Shown one piece after another: positions 25,985 through 39,723 of a stretch of DNA of 64,000 nucleotides (positions within the stretch are counted from its first letter, which is position 1; the number at the start of each line of letters is the position of its first letter). This stretch comes from Gracilinanus agilis (lineage: Eukaryota), in the NCBI RefSeq assembly GCF_016433145.1, contig NC_058133.1, positions 384,296,990-384,360,989 of the forward strand. Direction: 5' to 3'. Position numbers and translations under genes: made by a program. The notes under the pieces were generated by a model, which ran no database searches, was not told the DNA's origin, and saw only the letters and a list, made by a program, of their open reading frames with translations.

Positions 25985-26185
25985 AGAGTGTCGTATAGTG
26001 GAGTGGGGAGTTGGCTTTGGAAAGAGGCAACTTTTAATTTAGGTGAAATCTCTGACATATACTGAATGTGTTATCATGGTCAAGTCGCCTATTAGTGCCA
26101 CTAGACAACTTTGAAAGACCATTGGCTAGAGGGCTGGCAGAAAAATTCTCCACAGTGAGCTCTCTGAAAAAAAATTACAGGTCCA
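25985..26185 (+). mobile_element. CORE SINE with MdoRep1/WALLSI-like tail
   Basis: MIR-like head gtatagtggag..., core ggtcaagtc, tail tagacaactttgaaagac...cattggctagaggg...aaattacaggtc. Confidence 0.6.
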
Positions 26186-27464
26186 ATCAAAACAAAAAAT
26201 TACATTTTAGCAAAGGAAGACAACAAGGAGTTTGGCATTTCTTTAATTTAATTTAATTATTTTAATATCTTTAATTTCCAAAATAAAGGTATTACTTATA
26301 TGATTTCTCTATTTTTCACCATTACTTTCTAAATAGGATAGTAAAAAAGGGCATAAGAATTCAGAGTCCAACCTCCTTTGTTTTCTAAGACTATTTTGAT
26401 GAATAATCTACAGCTGATTCATATCAACAAATTTCATTGATAGCAATGACAAATGAATGCCCTCTCCACTTTTAAAGAAAAATGAGATCTCAATATGAGT
26501 TCTGTGATTAACTAACACCTAACCTTGAAAAAAATAACAAAATGATGACTACCAATTTGTACCTTTCTCCAGTTGCTTTATCTACCTAGTAGGCATATAT
26601 TAAGTCATCTATCAGAAAACAAAAGGTTATCTTCTGTACTTAGCTGTCACTGTACATCAAGGGGAGGAGAGAGCTATTGCATTGTAATAAAAAAAGGAAT
26701 GTATACTAGGAGAGTATGCCTGATTCACTCAACTCTAAATAATTGAAATAGTTACATAATAATTTACACTTTAATGACTTGGAAAGCCACTGAAAAATCA
26801 AAGAGGACAAAATTTAGGCAACTGTTAATATTGCTACTATGAAGGGCAGGAGATAGGAGAATAAAGAGTACAAGAAAAGAATAAAAAATTTCAGCTTATT
26901 TTTTAGAATAATGATCTTGATACTGATTATAAAAAATTTTGACACAAATAAGAACTTAGGATCATTTTTAACTGCTTTAATAAAGCTGGCTATACATTTT
27001 TCTGCTAAAAGAATACTTACTACAGCCTTATTTCTATTAACTTATTACATACGATATACATAACTGACATTCAGTAGATAACATTTTCAGAGAAAAACCC
27101 AAAGCTCAAACAATATTTCATTGTATATCACTTTGATATTTTACATATGTGGATATAAAATATATTTCTCTTGCAAGTAAGGCGATGAACTTAAAATGTA
27201 GAAAGCTGTATTTTCAGGCATGGTTAATATGGAAATTTATTTTGACAGATTAGGAAAGCATATATGAAGAGCCTCTTGACTTCAATGAAGTTGTAAAGAC
27301 AAATTAATAGAAGTGGAGAGAAGGAAAACTGACCTATTATGAGGATGGTAGTAGTGATTTTTATGTTAAAATGTGTTCTTTTTACAGTAATACACGTTTA
27401 AAATTAGTTTATAGTTTAACTGAAATAAATTCTAAAACAAGCTAGGAAAAATTGTTGCTCAGTT

Positions 27465-27695
27465 TTTGTTTTTTTTTTCAGTCAAATCTGACTCATTCTC
27501 ATCCTATTTGGGTATTTCTTGGGAAATACTGGAATGGCTTGCCATCATTTTTTACAGATCAGAAAACAGAGGCAAACCAGGTTAAGTGCTTTTCTCAGGG
27601 TCACAAAGCTAGGTAAGCATCTGAGACTGGATTTGAAATCAGGTCTTCCTGGCTCCAGGCCTGGTGTTCTCTCTACTTCACCACTGAGCTACCCC
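27465..27695 (-). mobile_element. MAR1 SINE
   Basis: ttcttgggaaatactggaatggcttgccat followed by reverse CORE and head. Confidence 0.85.
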
Positions 27696-28297
27696 ATTGG
27701 AAAAAAAATATATAGTAGAAAAATTTTTTCTTCCATTTATTCTATTCACTAGCCTATTCTAAATTTGGAAGGAAGCAGTCTCTATATGCTGTTCTTGCTT
27801 TATGTGCAAGTGTGTGCATGTGTGTGTTTTACTAAGAGTGACTAAAAATAGACTGATTCCCTAATTAAGAAAGCAAACTCCTCATTAAAGATTGTTTTCT
27901 TTTTTAATATGTGTATCCCCAAACACAGTCCCTGGCAAATAATAGGCGCTTAAATGTTTGTTAATTGAGAATTCTTATACCAAGGAATTCTTTTTCCTAT
28001 ATCATATGCACACCTATACACTTTTGCTATTGGTACAATTGTAGTCAGAAAACAATCTGTAATAAAATAAGAGATAGAAGTGTTTGTCCACATGTATCAC
28101 AGAACATTTAAATTGGAGGGAACCTCAGTGCAACCTATACAATCAATCTAAATGTATAGGAATTTTAGAGATCATTTTGTAGAGAGTTATTTCATTTAGG
28201 GATAAGTATACTAAGGTTAGAGAAGCAACTCATCTAAATTCATACAGACAAGTGCTTAGGACATTTGAATCAAATTTTTAAGCCTTTAAAAATATTG

Positions 28298-28485
28298 TTT
28301 TAAACTCTTACCTTCCATCACAGAAATATTCATTCTAAGGCAGAAAAAAAAGTAAGAGTTAACCAACATGTATTAAATGACTTGCCTGGGTTCCCACATC
28401 TAGGAAATGTCTGAGATCAAATTTGAACTCAGGTCCTCCCTTCCCCAGGCCTGGCATTCTATCTACTTTGCTATCCAACTGCCCC
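28298..28485 (-). mobile_element. SINE1_Mdo-type SINE, old
   Basis: aaactcttaccttcc...ctatccaactgcccc, diverged. Confidence 0.85.
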
Positions 28486-28589
28486 TATAAAATATTTTAT
28501 AAAATTTAACTGAAAAAATATTTTAGTGGTACTTAGAAAGAAAACATCATTGACACTTCACAATGACTCTCCCTCACACAAGGCAAACC

Positions 28590-29600
28590 CTCCCCTTTCA
28601 AGAAATAAGTATACTTAAGCAAAATAACCAATACATTGGTCAAGTCTTAAAATTCTCTCCTCATTCTTGATATGGAATCGGGAAGAACTGAGTTCAAACT
28701 GAGTTTGGTTATTTCTTAGCTGTGTGACCCACAACAAGTCACTTAACTCTGCCTGCCTCAGTTTCCTCAACTATAAAATGGGGATAATAATAGCACCAAC
28801 TTCCTGGGGGTCTTGTGAGGATCAAATGATACATTTGTAAAGTACTTTATAGCACAGTGCCTGTACATAATAGTTGCCTAATATTCTTCTACTTCCCTTC
28901 CCATTTTGAACGTAGAGTCTATTATCACCTCCCTCTCTACCTTAAGGTAATAAAAATGTTTCACTATCAATATTTTGAAGTCACTGCATTGCTGAGAATT
29001 CTGAAGTCAAATAATGTTTTTCTTTACATTATTTGGATCATCATATCATTTGTTCTGTTTCTGCTTATTTTATTCTGTATCATTTCAAAAAATGTGAATT
29101 TATGTTAGTCATTTCTTATAATGCAGTAATGTTCTAATATGTTCATGTAGCACAATTTGTTAAGCCATTCCTCAATCAATGGACACTCACATTCTCTCCT
29201 CTGCTTCTTTGTTACTTCTACTACAAATTCTTTGCTGTTATATTTTTGTATATGGGGGGCATGTGTATTTGAGCTCCTCTGAGTAAATACCTGACAATGA
29301 TATCATTCACTCAAAGTGTATAATACATATAATTTTCTAGCATAATTCCAAATAATTTTCCAGAATGATTGGGATTCAATCAATAGACCAATATATACAG
29401 ATCTCAAACAATAGCTATAGATTATATAAAAAGCATCACTGTGCATTTACCTTTTCTTATCTTTTTCTTCTAAAGTGAAAGCTAAAGTTGTGCCTTTCTA
29501 TTATTCACAATTTTGATCATTCTTTCATGTGGCTGCTGATATCTTGCCTTCCTTCTTTTGCAGTGTTTTCCATTGTACCCCATGGCTTTCTCCCTTCACC
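28590..29600 (-). mobile_element. Old L1 3' region, interrupted by a CORE SINE
   Basis: cacaatttgttaagccattcctcaatcaatggacac and ttcacaattttgatcattc...gctgctgatatcttgccttcc are antisense L1. Confidence 0.7.
28670..28890 (+). mobile_element. MIR-type CORE SINE with L2 tail
   Basis: gagttcaaa...gctgtgtgacc...gcctcagtttcctcaactataaaatggggataataatagcacc...gcacagtgcctg. Confidence 0.85.
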
Positions 29601-31339
29601 CAACACTAAATATTTCACTACCAATATCTTAGAAAATGAAAAAGAAAGTGAAAAAATAAATATGACCCAAGTTAAGTACATTCAGCTTCTCATAACAAAC
29701 TCTTTATTTTTTGACTTCATAGCCCAAACAATTTCTTTGACCTGTCCCTTCTTATTTCAAGTGGGCAAAGTCCAAAGAAAAGAATGCTTTAGTTAGCATA
29801 TAATTTTGGTTTAGGAATAACCCTGTTATATTAGAAGAGGAAAATAAGAATCCATATTCCTCCTCAAAAAAAAATCAATGTCGCTTAAGTATCTCGTGTG
29901 TGTGTGTGTGTATAATAAGGATCAATAAGTATAATTTGGGAAAAATGATATATACTTTTTCTTTCTGTTTTTATGTTAAGTGGAAAAGATAGGAGATTTA
30001 ATAGGGGTAGAGACAGAGAATGAAAAATAGAGACAGAATTCTTTTTTTCCCTTTAAGCCAACTATTACTTAAGCTTGGAAATTTTCTTTCAAAATCTGTA
30101 CTGAAAACTGTGTTCTTACAGACACTATTAAAGAAGGTTTGTTTTCATTTTGTGCCATAGTAGGAAAATAAATTTATTTTCTTTCCTCTGAAAGAAGAGT
30201 TCTACAAACTGCAAAGAAATCATACTGATATACCAGCCAAATTAGGGACTGAAGCTGAGCTTAATCATTTTAAAATTTATAATATTAAAACAATATTGTG
30301 TGAATGAGTTTATACTTTCATATATATCAATGCACAGTTTTATTTTAAAGAATTTTAATATGACACTATACTAGTTTTAAATGAATTTAATATTTCTTAA
30401 TATTGTGGTACTATTAGACCCAGAGGCTCAATAACATTATTTCATAATTATATAGCCCTTTACAGCTTAAAAAAATTCCTTCCAAGAAGCCTCTCAGGTA
30501 GCCAGTAAAATTACCTTCCTTATATTATGGCTTAAACAATTTCAGGAGTAAAGTGACTTGCTTACAGTCACAAAACCAGTAAGTGTCATAACAATTTATG
30601 AAACTTACTTGTCCTAAATGCCAGTTCCCAGTTAACTTTTGAAATTTTAGGAAATTCTGTTGTGCTGCTATTTTAAGGGTAGGTGATATAAGAGATATTA
30701 TAGAGGGAATAGGATATATTTGGCTAACACTAACACAGCATTGAGTAGGAGAAATGTATAAGTAGACGAGCAATGAAAAGAAGTTGTTCTGTTTAGGAGT
30801 TGGATAGGTAAGGAAAGAAGAACTAGATGATGTGAGGGTGATTAATGATGAAAAAGATTTAGGAGGAGAGAAGCAATAGTGATTAGTTTGGTGTGGTCCA
30901 GAGAAGGGCTGAGCAGGTGAAAGTAATTCCTAACAGAGAAACAAGAATCAGCAAAGTTATATGATAAAGGATGTCTAGTCATGAAAATCAACTTAAAAAA
31001 TATGAACTAAACTCCATCAACATACTGTTCATTTATTTAAATACAAGATAGGAGCAAGGAGAGAATATTTGAATGCAACTTTTTTTTTTAATCTTATGGT
31101 CTAGGGGCTGGCATAAAAGGTATGTGGATAGATTCATAATGAATTCAAACTGCATTTTTTTCAACATTTATTTCCAGTCCTGATCTCATTTGTGTATCAG
31201 AATCCAGAAGTAGTAAAATTATGATGCACTGTCTCACAGGAGGGAGAAGGTGGCCAGTAAGGCCCTTGAAGTTTAGGAGAAAAAAGCAAAAGAAAATTCA
31301 TTCTGTAACAAGGAAGAAACATACAAAGAAGTGGGAAGC

Positions 31340-31650
31340 AGTAAAAAGCTGAACAAATGACCCCTTCTAGATCTCTTACAACAGCTCCAGTACCTTCTCT
31401 TAAGTCATCTACTGGATGATCTCTTTTGGACATTCATCACCTCAAATTCAATATGTATGAGACCAAACTCATTTTACCCTTCCCAATTAAACTTCCTATA
31501 CAACATTACTATTTATCTCAAAGGTATTTTAATTTTTCTTATGACCTAAACCCTAAATGTCAATGAAATACATAACTTCTATTTAATTCAGTTCCATCAA
31601 AATCCTGTTGATTCTTTCCCCTCTGAAAACTCATGAATCTGATCCTTCTT
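31340..31650 (+). mobile_element. L2 ORF2 fragment
   Basis: cacctcaaattcaatatgtatgagaccaaactcatt. Confidence 0.7.
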
Positions 31651-33339
31651 TTTCAATTACTACTGTCACCATGAAGGAGCAAAATGAGGACAGAAACAAG
31701 TGAGACACAGAGAGTATGGGTAATTACCTACTAATTGTGCAAGGCACTGTACCATATGGTGGGGATACAGAGACAAACAAGCAAGAGATTCTCTCCCCTC
31801 AAAGAAATTCTCATGTGAAAAGCAAAACATAAAGGGAAGCTTGAAGGGCACACTTCCTCATGGCTCACATTGTTTCCTTGAAGGGAGTCTCCTCCACTAA
31901 TCACAGTCCAAAAAGAAAAGCCACTATATTTTCCAGAGTCCTCAACAAGAACTCTCAATTCTATTCAATACAGATTCTGCATTCTTCCCCAAAGAAATAA
32001 TATTCATTCACATTATAGCCTTTTCTCCTATTTCCCCTGTAAAATAATCTTTGTCACCCCTCTAACTATAAACCCTTCAAAGTTCAAATTTCTTTTAAAA
32101 CTATTCTTGACTTTTCTAGATACTCTCATATAAATCTAATGTGAATAAATGGCAAAATAAGTGGTCCAGACTGTCAAGTATTATTAACCCTTTCCTAGCT
32201 AGTCTTATCTCGTCTCCCCCAGCCAAATTGAAAGCACCTGCCCTGAAAAATTCATACTTTTCTACATTCCCCCCTTGAAAAATCCATACCTTTCTGCACC
32301 ACCCTCCCCATACTCCTCCATACTTGGGGCTTTTACCAGATTTTGAACAAAGCCGACACTAAATAGAGAAATTTGCTGAAGAAAGTAGTTGTTAGGAATG
32401 TGAAGTACTGATTGAAGGTGGGAAATCTATAGGGCAATAGGCAACCCTTATGAATGATTGTTCCACTGGAATATGAAAAATTTCAAATCCAGTGCTTGAC
32501 AGTAAGTTCCACATGATAGATTCAATGACCTTATTAATGTGCTCTCTTACACTCCAAGCAAACTCAACTTTAGTTTAGACAACATTCTCTTTCTCTGTCC
32601 ATCAGAATTAAAGTGCTTTTCAACATCTGCAACAACAGAAAATTCATCTCATAAGAGCCTGACTGCCTGAGGCACAAGCACGAAAAGGGAAATATCTTCA
32701 TACCAAGGCAGAGTTTCATTATATTCTTCTCCTCAGGAGCCAGATATGTACACCAAATTACCAATGATAACATCGACAAGAAAAGATAATTATTCACAGG
32801 CAGAAAAAAGAAACAACCTAGATAAGAGCCCTAAGAATCCTTTTATTAATTCTTAACATCTCAACTAAAATTTAGACCACATGAGTTGCCCTATTAATTT
32901 CAAAGATTAAACTCTGAAGTATTTTCATTCCAAATATTAAATTTTGAAATTTTCCATTCCAAGAAAATATTCCAGACAAAATCACGCTGTTTTTCCAGTA
33001 TCAATACCAGTAAGAATCATCGTAGCTTAATTCAATGATGTCAAACAAATAGAAAGAGGGGCCCTTGAGCCTTACATCAGGATCCCTGAGCTGCATACTG
33101 ACTTACGTTTTTAAATGGGTAATAGATGTTTGATTATATTTGTATTTATTTTGTTAAACATTTCCCAATTGCAATTCAATACGACTAGGTCTTCACTATG
33201 GATTCCTATTGGTGGTGAATTTGATATCTCTATGGTGGCCTCTGAGGCAAGATCTGGATTCAGGCTACCTCAGACACATACCAGCTGTGTGACCTCAGGT
33301 TAATCACTTCAACCCTCAATTCTACAAGAAACTCTCTAT

Positions 33340-33650
33340 TAAACAACAACGATTTATTAAGCTCTTACTTTGTGCCAGGCAGTGAGCTAGGTTCTGGGGA
33401 TATAAATTCAAAGAATGAAATAATACTAACTTACAAGTAGCTTATAGTGTGATCGGAATAGGAGAATGTGATAAAAAAAAGTACGTATAAAAATACACAG
33501 AATAAATAGAAAGTCAATAAATACAAATATACACAAAGTAGTCTAGAAAGGAGTGCACTAGCAATTGTGAAGATCAGGAAAGGTTTTGTGCAGGAAAGTG
33601 AAAGAGCGGCAGCTGAGAGGAAGAAAGAGGCTCTATGAGGAGATATTTCT
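33340..33650 (-). mobile_element. L2 3' end
   Basis: caacaacgatttattaagctcttactttgtgccaggcagtgagctaggttctggggata. Confidence 0.85.
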
Positions 33651-33651
33651 T

Positions 33652-33866
33652 ATTGCTGTTCAACTGTTTCAGTCAGGTGTAACTCTACGTGACAACATTT
33701 AGAGTTTTCTTGGGAAAGATACTGGCATGGTTTGCAATTTCTATCTCTAACTTATTTTGCAGATGAAGAAACTGAGGCAAACAGGACTAAGTGACTTGCC
33801 CAGGGTCATATAGAATGGATTTTAACCCAGCTAAACCAGTACTCTATCCACTACATCACCTAGCTA
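33652..33866 (-). mobile_element. MAR1 SINE inserted in L2
   Basis: tgttcaactgtttcagtc...ttcttgggaaagatactggcatggtttgcaatttc...gaaactgaggcaaacagg. Confidence 0.85.
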
Positions 33867-34329
33867 ACCATGAGGCAGGTATTCCAGGGATGTAAGAGCA
33901 ACTGGGAAATAAAGCATAAGATCTAACCAGGCTCAAATGTGGCCTTCTTCATCATACCCCAGACAACTCTTTATCTTGGTGGATCACTTCAGTCCTAAAA
34001 TTCACACTTGAGAAGAACCTTCAATCCCTTGGGCCTCCCCCTCTACCTGGTCAACTATTCCCAGAACCCCTATTTAAGGAGGAAACATAAGCTAGCCAAA
34101 GCCTGAAGTCCCAATTCCTTCATCATTTCCCTGGCTGGGTACCTTCCTTGCTCCTCCAACTTTCAAGTTCCTTTTATGAGTTTTATTCCCCCATCATAAT
34201 CTAAACTCCTTGAGAGAAGGAAATTTCTTTCTTGTTGCTTCTATTTGTATTCCCAGGGCTCAGCACAGTGCATGGCTCATAGTCTGTTGACCAACTGTGA
34301 GGAAGAGTCTGTCTAGATCACAGAGCAGG

Positions 34330-34450
34330 AAGTGGGGGTGATGTCCAGCATCCAAAGAGTTTAAGAACATTGCCAAGGTGCCAATCTCCACTTGCGGAGG
34401 AAGTTTCTGTATTCAGGAGCTCTCTCTTATCAGTGAAATCACACATAGAC
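34330..34450 (+). mobile_element. MdoRep1/WALLSI-like SINE tail fragment
   Basis: aaggtgccaatctccacttgcggaggaagtttc...cagtgaaatcacac matches my recollection of this tail. Confidence 0.45.
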
Positions 34451-35325
34451 TCCCTATACCTAATAATATTAATAAAAATTAACATAATGCTTTTATGAGA
34501 AAAAGAGAAAAAAGATATCCTGGAGGAGAAGTTGGGTCATTACTAGAGGAGAGCTTCCTCTCTCTGGGCCAGGATAGCCATAAGATGAAGTTGAGTCTAG
34601 CATGAGGATGTAAAATAAGCACAGGATGAAACTCAGTAGAAATAAGGTTGTTACTAAGAAATGGGTTAAAAGCAAGTTCTTCAGTGAGCAAAAAAGGCTC
34701 AAATAAGTCATAGGACTAGAAAGCAAAATGCTGCCACTTTCTCATCATATACATACAAAGTGACCAATTGGTGGCTTGTAGGAAAAACAACTCACATTTC
34801 TACAGTACTTTATAGTTAAAAGTATTTTCTTTACCATAACTCCAATATGTAGTTAGTATAAATATTTCTCTGATTTTACAGGTGAAGGAGCTAAGACTTA
34901 AGACAGGTAACATAATCTGGTCAAAGTTACATAATTAGTCAGAAAGGACTACTTCCAAGTCTGGAAGACTTCCTATGACTTTTGTAATGGAAAAATAACT
35001 GGAAGTAGTCAATGTGGGAATAACCTCAATTTTTTTAAGGTTCTTTGTTATTATTATTATTAACTTGATATCAACAAACATGAACACTTTAAAGAAATGA
35101 GAAAGACTGTATGGGGAGACATAAAAATCTACAATAAACAGAAAATATTTTTCCATAGTGTAGCTTGAGCACTGTCCTGCTCATATCTGTCCCCTTCTGA
35201 ACTTCCTTCTTATCTGTTTATTTTTGAATGATTCAATGATTTTTCTTTCTTATGCTATTTTTGGTCTGATCACCTTTGACTTCTCTTTCCCAGAAAAAAA
35301 ATTAAACTTTCAACAATTAAGTATA

Positions 35326-35526
35326 GGGGACAGGTAGGTGACTCACTGTTTTCAAAGCCAGGCCTACAAACAGGGAGTTCAAATCTGACCTCAGATACTT
35401 CTGGCTGGTAATCCTGGGCAAGTCACTTAACCTCCAATATTGCCTAGCCCTTACCACTCTTCTGCCTTGGAACCAATAAAAAGTATTGATTCTAAGATAG
35501 AAGGTAAAGGCTTCCCAAAAAAAAAA
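35326..35526 (+). mobile_element. SINE1_Mdo-type SINE, long tail, older
   Basis: gggcaagtcacttaacc...cccttaccactcttctgccttggaacc...ttgattctaagatagaagg. Short flanking repeat agtatag. Confidence 0.92.
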
Positions 35527-36629
35527 TAGTATAGTCATGCAAAACAGTATAAAAAAGAAAAATCTCATCACAAACTTCTAGTCCATCACCCCTCCACGAG
35601 GTGAGAAATATTCTCATCAGACTTCTAGAAATGTGGTTTTTCCCTTATTGATAACAGATCTGAAGTTTTAAATTGTTGTAATAACTCAATCTTAATACTA
35701 GAATCATCTCCTACCTATTGATACTTCTACACTCTAAATATTATTCAAATTGTCTTCTACCTCCTACAACCAAACTTCTCCAATTAACTGTTCATATATT
35801 TCCTCACTCCCTTCTCCTCAATTAGTTGTAAAATCACAGCTAATTACATCCACATCCAGGAACTGTAAAAATTATTTAGTGTCTACTAGTGACCAAGTAA
35901 CTTGCAAACCACTGATCTTGTCCATCCTCATCCTCTTTTTTTCTGCAGAAGGTTTAGACCCAAGCTCTCCTTCTTGAAATTTTGTCTTATACATTACTTT
36001 ATTTCAAAAATGAATATTATGGAAATAGGTATCAAGTGATAACACATGTATAACTCAGTGGAATTGCTTGTCAGCTACAGGAGGGGGAAGAAAAGAAAAT
36101 GAATCATGTAACCATGGAAAAATATTTAAAAGGTTAATAATAAAAAAGAAATGTTATACAAAAATATTGAGTTTTATAATAATAAAAGCCATCATCTACG
36201 TAGCACTTGAAAAATTGCAAATTCGCAAATATTATTTCACTTTACCTTCATTTACAACAGCCCTGAGATAGTTACTATTACTGTACCCATTTGATAGAAG
36301 AAAAAACTGGGAGAGAGAGGTTATGTGACTTGAGAAAGGCAAATTACTATGTATGAACAAGATATATATATATGGAATAAATTCAGGGTAGTCTCAGAAG
36401 GAAGGCACTAAGATTAAGGAGGACTATAAAGGGTTTCTTGCAGAGATGGAACTACACCTAAGATCTGAAAGAAGAGAAGCTAAGTGATAGCCATGAGGAG
36501 AAAGAAAGTTCTAGGAACAGGGTACAGACAGAAACATTGGTTAATGTGGCCAGAAGGAGGCCAGTAATCACTGGATCACAGAATATGTGAGGGGGAGTAA
36601 GATGAAGGAAGATGGGATTGTAGGAAAGA

Positions 36630-37120
36630 GCCAGTACTTTCTATATTAGCAAAGAACCGGAAACAAACTGTCTGAGGACTACAGAATGGATAATACTGCA
36701 GTATATGAATGTAATAGAACATGGTTTTTCCCTACAAAGTGACAAATGAGTAATTCAGAGAAATACAGGAAATCTTGTATGAACTGATATAGGGCACTGT
36801 AAACAACATATACACAAGGTTTACAACAACTAAATTTAAAAAGAATAAAACAAAGCTGAACACATTGTCCTGATATAAACCAACATTCATCCTAGAGAAT
36901 TCATGAAAAAAGACATCTTCCATTAGAGAGTTGAGGCTTAGAGTAAGGAAAATTGAATGTTTTAAGGTATACTAGATATGGTTGCTGCTTTTGTTTAGTT
37001 AGTTTTTGTTTGTTTTTCCAGTATTAAAAAGAAGGTTTAATAATGTGAATAGATTCCATTTCTGGGATTGAGAAAAAAAAAAGAGGCATTAATGAAATTT
37101 TAAAATTAAAAAAAAAGATA
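36630..37120 (+). mobile_element. Ancient L1 3' fragment
   Basis: gcaaagaaccggaaacaaac...atatgaatgtaatagaac...cttgtatgaactgata. Confidence 0.65.
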
Positions 37121-37884
37121 TCAATCAAGAGTGATTAGAGGGGAGAAAAGTGATTGGAGGTTGTTACAAAATGTAATTCTAATGACACAGTTATAAATGA
37201 CCTATTTCAGTGAGAAATAAAGGAAGAATGCAGATGAAGCTCTCTAATGAAAAAACAATTTTAAAAGGGCATGGAAAATAGAAAAGACCAAATTTAAAGA
37301 ATGAATATTGAGTAAATTGCTAGTCTTCTCAGTGGCTGGAAGAGAAACTGGAAAGAGAATTTGGAGCTCAAAATCCAAAATAAATATATCATAATTTTGC
37401 TAATGTCTAAATTGAAATATTAAATTGATTTAAAGTATTTTCATAAATATATTTGTAACATTTATGAAAATTATTATAAATATTTAATAATTATAAATGA
37501 GGTTGAAAAGAGAAGTTCTGAGTCAAATTGTGACTCACTTTGAATTCCAGAATAAAAACATTGGGTGAATAAGCTTGTTTGAGGCACTTAGTCAACAAAC
37601 AGCAAAAATGTATTAAGCATTCAGTATATGCCAACACTCCATGCTTATTACATATATAGACAGATACACACAGAAAGTGAGAGGAGGGAGGTAGGAAGTT
37701 TGATTTGGGGTCAAAATAATTGGGTTTAATTTTGGTTCTTTTTAACTACCTTTGTGATTTATAACAAGTCAGTTAATCTCTTTAGGCCTCATGTCACCTA
37801 AAGGAACTGGTGAGATTATGACTCATAGCTCTATCTCTGAACTTAACAGGATAGTGTATTAATTTAATTAACAAACAAATATTG

Positions 37885-38085
37885 AGGAAGCACCTAGATG
37901 GCTCAGTAGATTAAAGGCCAAACCTAGAGATGGGAGGTCCTGGGTTCTAATCTAACATCAGATACTTCATACTTGTGTGACCTTGGGCAAGTCACTTAAC
38001 CCCCATTGCCTAACCTTTACCACTCTTCTGCCTTGGAACACAAATTCACAATATTGATTATAAGACAGAAGGTATGGGGTTAAAA
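37885..38085 (+). mobile_element. SINE1_Mdo-type SINE, long tail, older
   Basis: ctagagatgggaggtcctgggttc...cccccattgcctaacctttaccactcttctgccttgg. Confidence 0.92.
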
Positions 38086-38644
38086 TATATATAAATTGCT
38101 AGGATCATCATTAGAGCTGAACAGTGGGGTCTTAGAGCCCTTTTAATCTATTTGCTCTCCCCATATATCTTCATTTACAATATCTAGTCTTTGCCTGAAA
38201 AATCATCTAGGTTTCAGAGCTTACTATTTTTACAAGGCTTTTAATTTTTTTAACTCTAGGAAAATCTTTATATTGATCTGAGAATCGTTTTAATAATAAT
38301 TTCAAACTAATGATCTTAGTTCCTTTCCCACCTCTGAAATGACACAGAATGAACAAAAATCATTTTCTACAAAATACACTTATATTTTTGAAGATAATTG
38401 TCATTACCTTTCCTAAGACTTAAAAATAATTAATTTCTTCAGCAATTTCTAAATAACTAAATACGGTAACTTTTCCATCCTAGTAGCCCTCCTCTGTAAG
38501 AGGCTCACTTTGCCAGTTTCTTAAAAAAGGTATTCAGTCAGGATACTGACTTTTATTATTAAAACTGAAGAAAGTATTAGTCTTTTTTGTTGGTCTGCTA
38601 CATTGTTGGCTCGTGTCTTCTAAACTGTGTTTTTATTCAAAACT

Positions 38645-38646
<2 letters not shown>

Positions 38647-38690
<44 letters not shown>
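38647..38690 (+). repeat. (CT)22 microsatellite
   Basis: Perfect CT run. Confidence 0.99.
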
Positions 38691-38691
<1 letters not shown>

Positions 38692-39723
38692 GCACTCCCC
38701 ATGCCTTCTCAGATTTTGCCAAAGAACATTCTTCAATCAAATATTCTTATTGAGCTGTGATTCATGCAGAATATATGGTTGATTCTCACAATTTTTTGTA
38801 TCCATCATTTACTTTAGAGAATTTTTAAATCAGGCAGCAGTATAATATGATATATGGGATTTGGATTGTAAGGCAGGTATGCCATAATATGAGAGACCTT
38901 GAGAAAGTCCTATTATCTTTTTCTGCCTCAGCATCTGCAGCTATAAAGAGCTAGACCTAAAAAAATATTAAAGGTCTTTTTTGAGATCAAAGTTTTAGAA
39001 ATAAGACCACTCAACTGTAAACTGTGTACCAAAAAAGTAGACTCAAAAGTTTCTTAAGATTCTAAAACATTTTGCTCATAAAGCAAGATGAAAATAAACA
39101 AAACATATTCTCATGATGAGCTCTATTTGAAATGCTACATATTTAACATCGTACATGTGAAAAGCTATGAACTAACAATTAATAGATCTGGGTTCACAAA
39201 CTCATGGTGTGAGCTTGAACAAATATCTTCCAGTTTCTCAAATTTGCTCAAAGGCAATGATCTATGCCATCACCCCCTACCTCCAAAAATTCATGTTCTA
39301 TTATTTTTAAATCAGTAAAAATGATAGAGATAAAATAATTTTTCTTTCAGATCCCCACCAGGTCTAAAATCCTAGGATCTTAATCTTGCCATTTCATAGC
39401 TATCTCTCCCAACATGGGCACATAAAAACTTGTCAAGCTTCCTAAAAGGCAGGAAATACTAGAGTCACATCTGACAGGATAGAAAGAATCATGAAACAAT
39501 TTACTTTTGTTGAACCTTTACTTTAACACAGACTTGAATTTCAGTCAGCATCACATTTAGTCTAACATAGAACTAGAAGAAAATAAAATCCCCTCTACAA
39601 TTTTCCCAACAACTAGTCATCCATTCTTTGTATATGGTCTTTTCATCTCTTTTTCAACTATTCAAAAGCAGCATTGGATTTTGCCAACCAGGCAGTTATT
39701 TTTTCTTCAAAAGTATCATAAGA

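Noticed and set aside
26062-26163. Minus-strand exon-like ORF ELTVENFSASPLANGLSKLSSGTNRRLDHDNTF, phase-compatible with the 32.6-kb candidate
   Set aside because: It lies entirely within an antisense CORE/MdoRep1-like SINE and the donor gtatat is weak.
32500-32855. Plus-strand frame of ~115 codons with a single TGA (possible readthrough/selenocysteine)
   Set aside because: Several such stretches are expected by chance in 64 kb over six frames; no start codon or SECIS-like structure.
34330-34460. Minus-strand exon-like frame YRESMCDFTDKRELLNTETSS
   Set aside because: Matches an MdoRep1/WALLSI-like SINE tail and has no good donor.
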